The translations under genes were made by a program, and so were the position numbers. The notes below the pieces were generated by a model. The model searched no databases and had not been told where the DNA came from. It was given only the letters and a program-made list of their open reading frames with translations. Below are positions 54,389-62,622 of a DNA stretch of 64,000 bases, piece after piece. The stretch spans positions 37,000 to 100,999 of the forward strand of contig JAFEFO010000040.1 of assembly GCA_018240565.1 (NCBI GenBank), written 5' to 3'. The stretch comes from Pseudomonadota bacterium. Its GTDB lineage: Bacteria > Pseudomonadota > Gammaproteobacteria > Xanthomonadales > Rhodanobacteraceae. Numbering within the stretch: the first letter of the stretch is position 1; every line of letters begins with the position of its first letter.

Positions 54389-55362
54389 CAGCGCTGCGAA
54401 TCGTCGAACGGCGTCCGTACCCCGTATGCCGGTTGCGCAAGATACGCGAGCAAACGCATCTCGCGCCGACCGCGCGTAACCGTATCCAGGGTTACGCCGG
54501 AGAAGAAACTCAGGGCGGCGAGCAACATCAAGCCGGTCGCCAGGATCGCCGTCGGGAATCGAGGCACGAGGCCGGTGTGTGCATACGTCAGGACGATCGG
54601 GATTGCGAGCGCGATGGAGATCAGCGCTAGTCCAGCTGCGCACAAGCTGTAGAACAACAAGGGCCGCTCGGCACTGAACAGTCGCAACATGGTGAACAGG
54701 ATGCGAAAGCCATCGCGGAACGTGTTGAGTTTGCTGGCCGATCCCGGCGGGCGTTCCTTGAAGGCGGTCGGGTGTTCCTGGACCGGCAGTCGCAGTTCCA
54801 GCGCATGCACGGTGAGCTCGGTTTCGATTTCAAATCCGCTGGAAAGCACCGGAAACGACTTGGCGAAACGGCGGGAGAACACGCGATAACCGGAAAGAAT
54901 GTCCGAGCAGGGGCGACCGAACAGCCCGCTCAGGAATCCGCTGAGCAGCGCATTGCCGAAAGCGTGTCCCGGACGATGCACATTTGCGTCCACCGGTTTG
55001 CGCACTCCAACCACCATGTCCAGGCATTCGTCGATCAGCCTTGCGATCATGACGGGTGCTGCGGCCGCCTCGTAGGTGTCGTCGCCATCCACCATGATGT
55101 AAACGTCGGCGTCCACGTCGGCGAACATGCGGCGCACGACATGGCCCTTGCCCTGCATGGGCACGCGATGCACGCAAGCTCCGGCGACAGTCGCAATGGC
55201 TGCCGAATCGTCGCTGGAATTGTTGTCGAACACGTGCACCGGCACGCCCGGCAGCACCTCGCGGAAATCCGCGACGACCTTGGCAATGGCCGCCGCTTCG
55301 TTGTAGCAGGGGATGACGACGGCGATGGACTCCGTCGACAGGAATGATGGTTTGTTCGTCAT
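54388..55362 (-). CDS. GT2 polyprenyl-phosphate glycosyltransferase (GtrB/ArnC/DPM1-like) with two C-terminal TM helices
   Basis: Contains VVIPCYNEA, FDNNSSDDS, VDGDDTY (DxD) and SGYRVFSR. The C-terminal TM pair is LLFYSLCAAGLALISIALAIPIV / ILATGLMLLAALSFFSGV. Confidence 0.8.
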   Translation of the reverse strand: MTNKPSFLSTESIAVVIPCYNEAAAIAKVVADFREVLPGVPVHVFDNNSSDDSAAIATVAGACVHRVPMQGKGHVVRRMFADVDADVYIMVDGDDTYEAAAAPVMIARLIDECLDMVVGVRKPVDANVHRPGHAFGNALLSGFLSGLFGRPCSDILSGYRVFSRRFAKSFPVLSSGFEIETELTVHALELRLPVQEHPTAFKERPPGSASKLNTFRDGFRILFTMLRLFSAERPLLFYSLCAAGLALISIALAIPIVLTYAHTGLVPRFPTAILATGLMLLAALSFFSGVTLDTVTRGRREMRLLAYLAQPAYGVRTPFDDSQR

Positions 55363-55763
55363 GCGCGCAATGCATCATCCAGCGACAGGGTCAAACGCGG
55401 GGCAGCGGCGCGCAGTCTTGAGTCTTCGGTGATCAGGCGCGTGTTGCGTGCGGCGGCGACGGCAAGGAAGTGCGCGTCGTAGAGCGTTGTCCGGTGTACG
55501 AAGGCCAGGTCGAGCGCAGCATCGCGTTTCACGCTATGCAGATGCGGTGCGAGAAACATTTCTGCCGCGGACAGGTAATGTTTTGCATCGGCACGGCTGG
55601 CCAATCCTGCGCGTTCGTAAGTTGCCAGCACATTGCCGAATTCGATCAGCGCGAATGGTTCGGTACACCATTCCGGATCGCGCTTGAGCAGGGCTTTCGC
55701 GGCCGCCGTGAATCGACCGTCGAGGAACAACGCGGCGATGATGTTGGTATCAACGACGATCAT
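55359..55763 (-). CDS. vapC: PIN-domain toxin VapC
   Basis: 134 aa. The PIN acidic residues are in the expected places (MIVVDTN.., ..EP.., ..YDAHF.., ..LITED). The stop overlaps the GT2 ATG (ATGA). Confidence 0.8.
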   Translation of the reverse strand: MIVVDTNIIAALFLDGRFTAAAKALLKRDPEWCTEPFALIEFGNVLATYERAGLASRADAKHYLSAAEMFLAPHLHSVKRDAALDLAFVHRTTLYDAHFLAVAAARNTRLITEDSRLRAAAPRLTLSLDDALRA

Positions 55764-55769
55764 GCAACG

Positions 55770-56012
55770 TCAATCGTCGCGGCCATAGGCAATGGCCGCT
55801 TCAATGTCGTCGATGTCTGGCTTGAAACCGCCGCGCAGCTTCAACGGCTTTGGCACGAACGGCACGGTCTTCTTTTGCGGCGGCGTACGCATGCCGCGCT
55901 CAAGCAAATCGGCGACCTCGTCCTTGAGTTTGCGGCGCGCATGCACGGCGCGCAGTTTGACGCGCTGCATGAGGTCGTCGGGCAGTTCGAGTGTCGTTTT
56001 CATGCTAGCCAT
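55770..56012 (-). CDS. vapB: VapB-type antitoxin
   Basis: 80 aa. MKTTLELPDDLMQRVKLRAV.. is typical of small antitoxins that precede PIN toxins. There is a 6-nt gap to vapC. Confidence 0.7.
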   Translation of the reverse strand: MASMKTTLELPDDLMQRVKLRAVHARRKLKDEVADLLERGMRTPPQKKTVPFVPKPLKLRGGFKPDIDDIEAAIAYGRDD

Positions 56013-56047
56013 AATCCCATAAAACTGGGTCTATGGCAATCGCGGGT

Positions 56048-57781
56048 TCAGCCGACGCTGGCCAGCACCCGCTCGATCCCCGCGCGCGTCTGCGCACGGA
56101 GCAGGCGTGGCGCGAGCCGGCGCAGGCGCGCGCGATCGCAGGCGGCGATGGCCTGGCGCACTTCGAGCAGGGAACTGGGGTGCATGGAGAATCCGCTCAG
56201 GCCGAGCGCGAGCAGCAGCGGCGTGCAGTGCGCGTCGGCGGCGAGTTCACCGCACAGCGTGACCGGCTTGTTCGCGCGTGCGCCGGTGGCGATGATCTGC
56301 GCGAGCAGCTTGAGCACGGCCGGGTGCAGCGGATCGTACAACTCGCCCAGCGCGTCGTTGTTGCGGTCGGCGGCCAGCAGGTACTGGGTCAGGTCGTTGG
56401 TGCCGATGGCGATGAAATCCAGATGCCGGATCAATGCGGGCAGCGCGATCGCCGCGGCCGGCACTTCGATCATCGCGCCCAGTTCGTAGTGATCGGCGAT
56501 CTCGTGACCGGTGCTGCGCAGATCGCGCGCGCAATCCTGGATGAGCGCGCGCACATCGCGGATTTCCTGCGCGCTGGTGACCATCGGTACCAGGATGCGC
56601 ATCGGTCCAAACGCACTGGCGCGCAGGATCGCGCGCAACTGCGCGGCAAACACCGCCGGTCGGCGCAGCGTCAGGCGCACGCCGCGCACGCCGAGCGCGG
56701 GATTCGGCTCGGCGGCGAGCGCCAGCCCGGTGGCGTCGGCCTTGTCGGCGCCGAGGTCGAGCGTGCGGATCGTGACCGGCGCGCCGCCCATCGCCAGCAC
56801 GACGTTGCGGTACGTCGTGAACTGTTCTTCCTCGTCCGGCAATTCGCGGCGCTGCAGGAACAGGAATTCGGTGCGGTACAGGCCCACGCCTTCGGCGCCG
56901 CACGCACGCGCCTGGGCGAGGTCGGCGGGCATCTCTGCATTGGCATACAGATGGATATGTACGCCGTCGGAAGTTTGCGACGGCGCGTGCTTGAAGCGTG
57001 CGAGCTGATCGAGGCTGCGTGCCTGCTCGCGCTGGAACTGGCGGTAGCGCGCCAGGTCCTGCGCGGTGGGATGCACGACGATCTCGCCGGAGCCACCGTC
57101 GATCAGCAGCAGGTCTTCGTCGGTCAACCGTTCGAGCGCCTCGCGTGCGCCGACCACCATCGGCAGGCGCAGGCTGCGGGCGAGGATCGCGCTGTGCGAG
57201 AGCGAGCTGCCGCCGGTGGTGACGAGGCCGAGTACGCCGTGTTCGGTCAGGTGCGCGACCTCGGCTGGCGCGATCGTGTCGCCGACGAGCAAGGTGCCCA
57301 CGCGCGAGGCGATCTGGCGCTCGGCCGGCGTGGTGTCGCGGTTGAGCACGGCCTGCACGCGGCCGATGACATGGTCGATGTCCTCGCGCCGGCTGCGGAA
57401 ATACGGATCGTCGATTGCTTCGAATGCCGCCGCAAGACGATCACGTTGCATCTTCAGCGCGGTGCCGGCGCGGTAATGGCCCTTGCGGATCAGCGCGTAC
57501 AGGCCTTCGGTGAGTTCGGGATCGTCAAGAATGAGGTTATGCGCGTCGATGAATTCGCCGACCTCGCGCGCCAGCGCGCCATGCAGCTTCTCGCGCAGCG
57601 TCTTGAGTTCCTCGCGCGCCTGTTGCAAGGCCAGGCGCAGGCGTTCGACTTCGGCTTCGATCTCGCTTTCCGCGAGGGGGCGTTCATCGACGCGAATCTG
57701 GCTCGGTTGCACCAGCCGCGCGCGCCCCAGCGCCATGCCGCGCGCGGCACCGGTTCCGGCGATGACGAAGCGGCTACTCAT
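56048..57781 (-). CDS. ptsI: Phosphoenolpyruvate-protein phosphotransferase (PTS enzyme I, no GAF domain)
   Basis: 577 aa. Active-site region GGSSLSHSAILARSL. The C-terminal PEP-utilising region is IGTNDLTQY. Confidence 0.9.
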   Translation of the reverse strand: MSSRFVIAGTGAARGMALGRARLVQPSQIRVDERPLAESEIEAEVERLRLALQQAREELKTLREKLHGALAREVGEFIDAHNLILDDPELTEGLYALIRKGHYRAGTALKMQRDRLAAAFEAIDDPYFRSRREDIDHVIGRVQAVLNRDTTPAERQIASRVGTLLVGDTIAPAEVAHLTEHGVLGLVTTGGSSLSHSAILARSLRLPMVVGAREALERLTDEDLLLIDGGSGEIVVHPTAQDLARYRQFQREQARSLDQLARFKHAPSQTSDGVHIHLYANAEMPADLAQARACGAEGVGLYRTEFLFLQRRELPDEEEQFTTYRNVVLAMGGAPVTIRTLDLGADKADATGLALAAEPNPALGVRGVRLTLRRPAVFAAQLRAILRASAFGPMRILVPMVTSAQEIRDVRALIQDCARDLRSTGHEIADHYELGAMIEVPAAAIALPALIRHLDFIAIGTNDLTQYLLAADRNNDALGELYDPLHPAVLKLLAQIIATGARANKPVTLCGELAADAHCTPLLLALGLSGFSMHPSSLLEVRQAIAACDRARLRRLAPRLLRAQTRAGIERVLASVG

Positions 57782-57794
57782 GCACCCACACTTC

Positions 57795-57945
57795 CGTCAT
57801 TCCGGCAGGGACTGCCGGAAGCCAGATTGCATGGATGCCTCGAAAACTTTGCTGCATGAGATCTCACAACCTCACTTTTGTTGGCATACCCGTATGCTGC
57901 CGTCCATGGCTTCTGGATTCCGGCAGTCCCTGCCGGAATGACGAG
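57795..57945. repeat. Family B repeat, symmetric MITE-like form (about 150 bp) with about 30-bp terminal inverted repeats
   Basis: The left end is CGTCATTCCGGCAGGGACTGCCGGAAGCCAGATTGCATGG. The right end is CCATGGCTTCTGGATTCCGGCAGTCCCTGCCGGAATGACG. It fills the ptsH-ptsI gap. Confidence 0.85.
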
Positions 57946-57951
57946 TCAAAA

Positions 57952-58221
57952 TCACGCCCCCTCATCGAACTTGCGCGCGAACAACTCCGCCATCGCCGCC
58001 AGCGCGGCGGATTCGTCCGGCCCATCGGTGCGCAAGGTGATGGTCTGGCCGACGCCGGCGGCGAGCATCATCACGCCCATGATGCTTTTCGCATTGATCT
58101 CACGGCCGCGATGGATCAACGCCGCGTTGCACTTGAAGCCCTGCAGCAGTTGCACGAGTTTCGCCGAGGCGCGCGCGTGCAGGCCGAGTTTGTTGGTGAT
58201 CGTGACGTCCTGTTCAACCAT
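57952..58221 (-). CDS. ptsH: Phosphocarrier protein HPr/NPr
   Basis: MVEQDVTITNKLGLHARASAKLV carries His15. NAKSIMGVMML carries the Ser46 HprK target. 89 aa. Confidence 0.9.
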   Translation of the reverse strand: MVEQDVTITNKLGLHARASAKLVQLLQGFKCNAALIHRGREINAKSIMGVMMLAAGVGQTITLRTDGPDESAALAAMAELFARKFDEGA

Positions 58222-58603
58222 GTTCGACGATTCCCGCGCGGCCGCCATTGGCCGCGGTTTGTGCCAGTTCCGCGAGCGGCTGCTCCGGATAATTGAGCGT
58301 GCGCAACAACATCGGCAGGTTCAATCCGGAAACGCGACGCACGTCGCAGCCCAATTCCGGCAAGCGCTGTGCGACGTTGCTCGGCGTCGCGCCATAGACG
58401 TCGGTGAGGACGAGCACGCCGTCGCCGGAATCGAGCCGGCGGGCGCGCGCCGCGGCGTCGCGCAACGCGGCCTCGACGTCGCTGCCGGGCGGAATCGCCT
58501 GCGCTTCCAACGTTTGCGGAACACGCCCCAGGATGTGTCGCGCCGTGGCGATCAGTGCGTCGCCCATCGCCTCGTGCGTGAGTAAAAGTATACCAACACT
58601 CAT
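58214..58603 (-). CDS. PTS EIIA component, mannose/fructose family
   Basis: MSVGILLLTHEAMGDAL carries the phosphorylatable His near position 10. 129 aa. GGAG lies upstream. The 176-aa ORF in the track extends into the repeat and is not supported. Confidence 0.8.
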   Translation of the reverse strand: MSVGILLLTHEAMGDALIATARHILGRVPQTLEAQAIPPGSDVEAALRDAAARARRLDSGDGVLVLTDVYGATPSNVAQRLPELGCDVRRVSGLNLPMLLRTLNYPEQPLAELAQTAANGGRAGIVEHG

Positions 58604-58776
58604 TCCAACTCCCCAAGCGTCGTCATGCCGGCAGGGTCGAAGCCGCGACAGCGGCTGAGGGGCATCCAGACTGCAAGGATGCCAAGGCACGCCGGCGCAT
58701 TCGCATTGAAAGCATTGCCGTCCATGGCGCCTGGATTCCGGCACTCCATGCCGGAATGACGAGCAAAGAAGTTCAT
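58600..58776 (-). CDS. Element-encoded 58-codon ORF spanning the rapZ-EIIA gap; translation unproven
   Basis: My translation is MNFFARHSGMECRNPGAMDGNAFNANAPACLGILAVWMPLSRCRGFDPAGMTTLGELE*. Its ATG overlaps the rapZ TGA, and its TGA overlaps the EIIA ATG, both as ATGA. The peptide is homologous to the 22279-22422 ORF. Confidence 0.35.
   Translation of the reverse strand: MNFFARHSGMECRNPGAMDGNAFNANAPACLGILAVWMPLSRCRGFDPAGMTTLGELE
58618..58763. repeat. Family B palindromic repeat
   Basis: The type-2 end is CGTCGTCATGCCGGCAGGGTCGAAG at the left. The type-1 end is CTGGATTCCGGCACTCCATGCCGGAATGACGAG at the right. It is flanked by a perfect 14-bp direct repeat (58600-58613 and 58773-58786). Confidence 0.85.
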
Positions 58777-59651
58777 TCCAACTCCCGGTGAAAGGTCAGC
58801 ACCTGTTCGCGCGTGGCGCGGAAGTGCGCGGCAAGCAGTTCGGCCAGGTATACCGAGCGGTGGCGCCCGCCGGTGCAGCCGACGCAGATGGTCACGTACG
58901 AACGATTTTCCGACTCGAAGCGCGGCAGCCAGACACGGAGAAAATCGCGAACCTGCGTGAAATATTCGCCGACCTCGGGCTTGGCCTCGAACCAGGCGCG
59001 CACGGCGGCGTCGCGTCCGGTGAGCGGGCGCAGCGGTGCTTCCCAGTGCGGATTCGGCAGGCAGCGCGCATCGAACACGAAGTCCGCGTCGGCCGGTACA
59101 CCGCGCTTGTACGCGAAGGATTCGAACAGCAGCGACAGCGGCCCGCCGGCCATGCCCAGTTCCGTCGCGATCAGGCGACGCAACTGGTGCACGTTCATCT
59201 CGGACGAATCGACCACGCGCTCGGCGATGGCGACAACGGGCTTGAGCAGCTTGCGTTCGCGTGCGATGGCGTCACCGAGCGAGACGCCTTCGCCGGTCAG
59301 CGGATGACGCCGGCGCGTATCCGAATAGCGCTTGAGCAGCACCTCGTCGCGCGCATCGAGGAATATCAATCGGTATTCGATGCCGCGCTGCGCGAGGCCG
59401 GCCAGGATCGCCGGCAACTGGTTCAGGTCCTGCGGCCGGTTGCGCACGTCGATGCCAACCGCCAGGCGCGGATGCACGCCCGCGCGCATGGCCTCGTCGA
59501 CGAACGCCGGCAGCAGCGCGCCGGGCAGGTTGTCCACGCAGTAATAGTCGAGGTCCTCCAGCGCGCGCAGGGCGATGGTCTTGCCCGAACCCGACATGCC
59601 GCTGACGATGATCAGGCGGGTGGTGGGGAGATTGTCGCTACTGGTAACCAT
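58773..59651 (-). CDS. rapZ: RNase adapter / nucleotide-binding protein RapZ
   Basis: LIIVSGMSGSGKTIALRALEDLDYYCVDNLP (Walker A). C-terminal GCTGGRHRSV. 292 aa. Confidence 0.9.
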   Translation of the reverse strand: MVTSSDNLPTTRLIIVSGMSGSGKTIALRALEDLDYYCVDNLPGALLPAFVDEAMRAGVHPRLAVGIDVRNRPQDLNQLPAILAGLAQRGIEYRLIFLDARDEVLLKRYSDTRRRHPLTGEGVSLGDAIARERKLLKPVVAIAERVVDSSEMNVHQLRRLIATELGMAGGPLSLLFESFAYKRGVPADADFVFDARCLPNPHWEAPLRPLTGRDAAVRAWFEAKPEVGEYFTQVRDFLRVWLPRFESENRSYVTICVGCTGGRHRSVYLAELLAAHFRATREQVLTFHRELE

Positions 59652-59654
59652 GCC

Positions 59655-60611
59655 TCACCACGGCGCCTGCCGCTGCATCTGGTGCGCCTGGCGGTCGAGG
59701 AAGGTTTGCGCCGGGTCGATGCCCTTGGTCTTGAGCACGTGGTTGCGCACGGCGGCTTCGACCAGCACGGCGAGGTTGCGACCGGGGGCGACGGGGATGG
59801 TGGTCTGCGGAATCTTGGTGTCGAGGATGTCGCGCCAGCTGTTCGCGCCGTAGATGCGCTCCAGCCCCGATTGCTCGATCGGCTGCTCGCGCGGGAGCAG
59901 GTCCAGATGCACGACCAGGCGCAGGTATTTGGACTGCTTTACGGCCGTCTGGCCGAACATCTCGCGCACGTTGAGGATGCCCAGGCCGCGCACTTCGAGC
60001 ATGTCCTGCAGGATTTCCGGACACGAACCGTCGATCACGTCCGGTGCGATCTGGATGAATTCCGGCGCGTCGTCGGCGACGAGGCGATGGCCGCGCGTGA
60101 TGAGCTCCAGCGCCAGTTCGCTCTTGCCGGAACCGGATTCGCCGGTGATCAGCACGCCGATCGAATACACCTCCATCAGCACGCCGTGCAGGGTGACGCG
60201 TCGCGCCAGCATGCGCGCGAGGTGGTATTGCAGGTAGGTGAGCAGTTCATGGCCACGTTGGCTGCTCACCCACACCGGCGTGCCGGATTCGTTGGCGGCA
60301 TCGCGCAGGTCGGCGGGCACAGCCTGGTCCTTGGTGACGATCAGCGCCGTCGGCGCAAACCCCATGATCTTCTCGACCATCTCCCAGCGCTGGCGCGAAT
60401 CCAGGCTGTCGAGCCAGTTCAGTTCCTCGGCGCCGATGATCTGGATCTTGTTCGGGTAGATGATGTTCAGGTAACCCGCGAGCGAAGGGCGCCGCGGCTG
60501 TTTTTCCGCCGGCACGATGGCGCGCGTTTCGCCGCGCTGGCCGGCCACCCAACGCAGGGTCAGGCGCTGGCCGATCTTGTCGAACAATTCGCGGGCGGTG
60601 AGGCGTTCCAT
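59655..60611 (-). CDS. hprK: HPr kinase/phosphorylase
   Basis: P-loop [22 protein letters not shown]. 318 aa. Confidence 0.9.
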   Translation of the reverse strand: MERLTARELFDKIGQRLTLRWVAGQRGETRAIVPAEKQPRRPSLAGYLNIIYPNKIQIIGAEELNWLDSLDSRQRWEMVEKIMGFAPTALIVTKDQAVPADLRDAANESGTPVWVSSQRGHELLTYLQYHLARMLARRVTLHGVLMEVYSIGVLITGESGSGKSELALELITRGHRLVADDAPEFIQIAPDVIDGSCPEILQDMLEVRGLGILNVREMFGQTAVKQSKYLRLVVHLDLLPREQPIEQSGLERIYGANSWRDILDTKIPQTTIPVAPGRNLAVLVEAAVRNHVLKTKGIDPAQTFLDRQAHQMQRQAPW

Positions 60612-60687
60612 GGCCGCATTCTGCCAGAATTCATCACGGGCGATGGCCAGCGGTTATGATTGCCGTTTCGACCCCAAGGTACGCCGC

Positions 60688-61278
60688 ATGAAATACGCCC
60701 TGATCCTCGCCGCCGCTTTGCTGGCGGCCTGCGGGAACAATGCCCTGCCGACGCAGAAACCGGCGATCAAGGCCGACGATGCGGGCGCGCGGCAGACCCG
60801 GTCGGCGCCACCCGGCAGCGTGCTCGCCAATCCGGATTTCGAGCAGACCGCAACCGATGGGAGTATTCCCGGGTGGAACCAGATCCAGCATGCCGGGCCA
60901 CCTGCGTACGCGATGAGTATCGATGCCGACGGCGCCTATGCCGGCCATGGCAGCTTCCACATGGTCAGGACCAAGCCCGAGGAATACGGCACCTTGCAGC
61001 AGGCCCTCGATGTCAAGCCCTTCGCCGGCAAGACCATCGAGTTGTCCGCCATGCTCAAGAGCCGTGCTGTCGGGCGACAGGGCTGGAAACTATTCATCAA
61101 CGCCGACATGAAGGGTGCTTTCAAGTATTCGAGCGGGCTCACCGGCGACACGGACTGGAAGCGCGACGCCGTCAGCCTTGCGATCCCTGCGCAGGCAACC
61201 CGGCTGACGGTCGGCGTGACCTTGCTCGATGCCGGCGAAGGCTGGATGGACAACGTCGAGCTGAAAACGGTCGACTAG
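60688..61278 (+). CDS. Lipoprotein with a jelly-roll (carbohydrate-binding-module-like) domain
   Basis: Lipobox LLAAC. NPDFEQ...G.IPGW and a terminal GEGWMDNVELK are reminiscent of CBM4/9-type folds. The call is tentative. Confidence 0.55.
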   Translation: MKYALILAAALLAACGNNALPTQKPAIKADDAGARQTRSAPPGSVLANPDFEQTATDGSIPGWNQIQHAGPPAYAMSIDADGAYAGHGSFHMVRTKPEEYGTLQQALDVKPFAGKTIELSAMLKSRAVGRQGWKLFINADMKGAFKYSSGLTGDTDWKRDAVSLAIPAQATRLTVGVTLLDAGEGWMDNVELKTVD

Positions 61279-62621
61279 GCCAGCGGCAAACGGATCTCGA
61301 TTTCCAGTCCGCCGCCGTCGGCATTGGCGGCACGGATGCGTCCGCCCTGGCGTTCGATCGCGCGTTTGGCGATGGCCAGCCCCAAGCCGCTGCCGCCACT
61401 TTTGCGCTGGCGCGCGGCGTCGGTGCGGTAATACGGTTCGAAGATGCGCGTGCAGTCAGCCGGCGGCACGCCCGGACCCATGTCGCGCACGCGCAGGCGG
61501 CCCTGGCCTTCGACGCGATCCAGGCGCAGGTCCACTTCACTGTGCGACGCGGTGTAGTGCACCGCGTTGCGCACCACGTTTTCCACCGCGCTGGCGAGCA
61601 GTTCTGCTTCCGCGCGCACCACCAGTGGCGCGGTCTGCGCGATGCGCAGCGTGCACGGCCGCGCCTGCGCCTCGAAGGCGGCATCGGCGGCGATGTCGGC
61701 GACGAGTTCGTCGAATGCGACATTTTCCACTTTGTCGGGAATGGTCGTTTCCATGCGCGAGAGCTGGATCGCCTGCGCGATCATTTCTTCCAGGCGCAGC
61801 GCCTCGCGCTCGATGCGGTCGAGTTGGGTGGCGGCATCGCCGCTGGCTTGCGGGCGCGCCAGTTCCAGCGCCACGCGCAGGCGCGACAGCGGCGAACGCA
61901 TCTCGTGCGAGACGTCGCGGATCAGCCGGCGCTGGCCGTCGACCAGGTCTTTCAGGCGCGCGGCCATGCCGTCGAACTCGTGCGCCAGGGCGAGGACTTC
62001 GGCGCTGCGGCCGAACCGCACCTCACCCACGCGCGCCGACAAATCGCCACGCGCGACGCGCCGCGCGCTGGCGCGAATGCGCGCCAGCGGTGCCGCCACA
62101 TAGGAAGCAAGCAGGGCACTGGCCAGTGCGCAGATCAACATGGCGAGGCCGATATTGGTCCAGAATGTCGACGGCCGACGCCACAGCAGACGCGTCAGGA
62201 AGGAGCCGCCGAACTCGGCGACAGCGCGGTATTGCGCCGGGTCGTCGCGCACATGCAGGGTGTGCATGCGGATGCGCTCGGGAATCTGCGATCCGGCCGG
62301 CGCCTCCAGCGCGGCACGCACCGATTCGGGCAGCTCGCGGCCGAGCAGATCGTGGTCCTGGGCATCCACGACATACACGGTGCCGGGGCCGTAGCCGGCC
62401 GAACCGTGCAACCACTGGCGCAATCCGTCGATGCCATGGTGATGCAATTCCAGCCCGACGCGCAGCAGTTGGTCGTCCATCGCCGCCTGCAGGCGGGTGA
62501 TGCCAAGGCCCGGGATTTTCGCGCTTTCAAAGTGCGCGGTGGCGGTCCACGACAGCGATACGATCAGGGCGACGCTGACCAGCCAGAATGCCGCGAAGAT
62601 GCGCCAGAACAGGCCGCGCAT
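61275..62621 (-). CDS. cpxA: Envelope-stress sensor histidine kinase CpxA
   Basis: N-terminal RIFAAFWL, as in E. coli CpxA (from memory). H-box SHEMRSPLSRL. The C-terminus is IFEPYYRTD.AR.R.SGG.GLGLAI....I....G. Confidence 0.75.
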   Translation of the reverse strand: MRGLFWRIFAAFWLVSVALIVSLSWTATAHFESAKIPGLGITRLQAAMDDQLLRVGLELHHHGIDGLRQWLHGSAGYGPGTVYVVDAQDHDLLGRELPESVRAALEAPAGSQIPERIRMHTLHVRDDPAQYRAVAEFGGSFLTRLLWRRPSTFWTNIGLAMLICALASALLASYVAAPLARIRASARRVARGDLSARVGEVRFGRSAEVLALAHEFDGMAARLKDLVDGQRRLIRDVSHEMRSPLSRLRVALELARPQASGDAATQLDRIEREALRLEEMIAQAIQLSRMETTIPDKVENVAFDELVADIAADAAFEAQARPCTLRIAQTAPLVVRAEAELLASAVENVVRNAVHYTASHSEVDLRLDRVEGQGRLRVRDMGPGVPPADCTRIFEPYYRTDAARQRKSGGSGLGLAIAKRAIERQGGRIRAANADGGGLEIEIRLPLA

Positions 62622-62622
62622 G

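Noticed and set aside
51042..56012. Calling the lower-G+C segments (34.1-36.4 kb and 51.0-56.0 kb) mobile elements or genomic islands with defined ends
   Set aside because: I could find no integrase, transposase, tRNA attachment site or flanking direct repeats. Only composition and the vapBC module hint at horizontal origin, so they are reported as findings rather than as mobile_element features.
58604..58744. A 47-codon N-terminal extension of the EIIA gene (176-aa ORF from ATG 58744)
   Set aside because: The extension is entirely family B repeat sequence. MSVGILLLTHE at 58603 matches the normal EIIA(Man) N-terminus and has an SD.
187..58763. The possibility that the recurring GGGAGAGGG/GGGTGAGGG or GTCATTCCGGC repeats form a CRISPR array
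   Set aside because: The copies are dispersed over 58 kb and are individually palindromic, of variable length and in both orientations. There are no regular spacers and no cas genes. They behave as REP/MITE-like elements.
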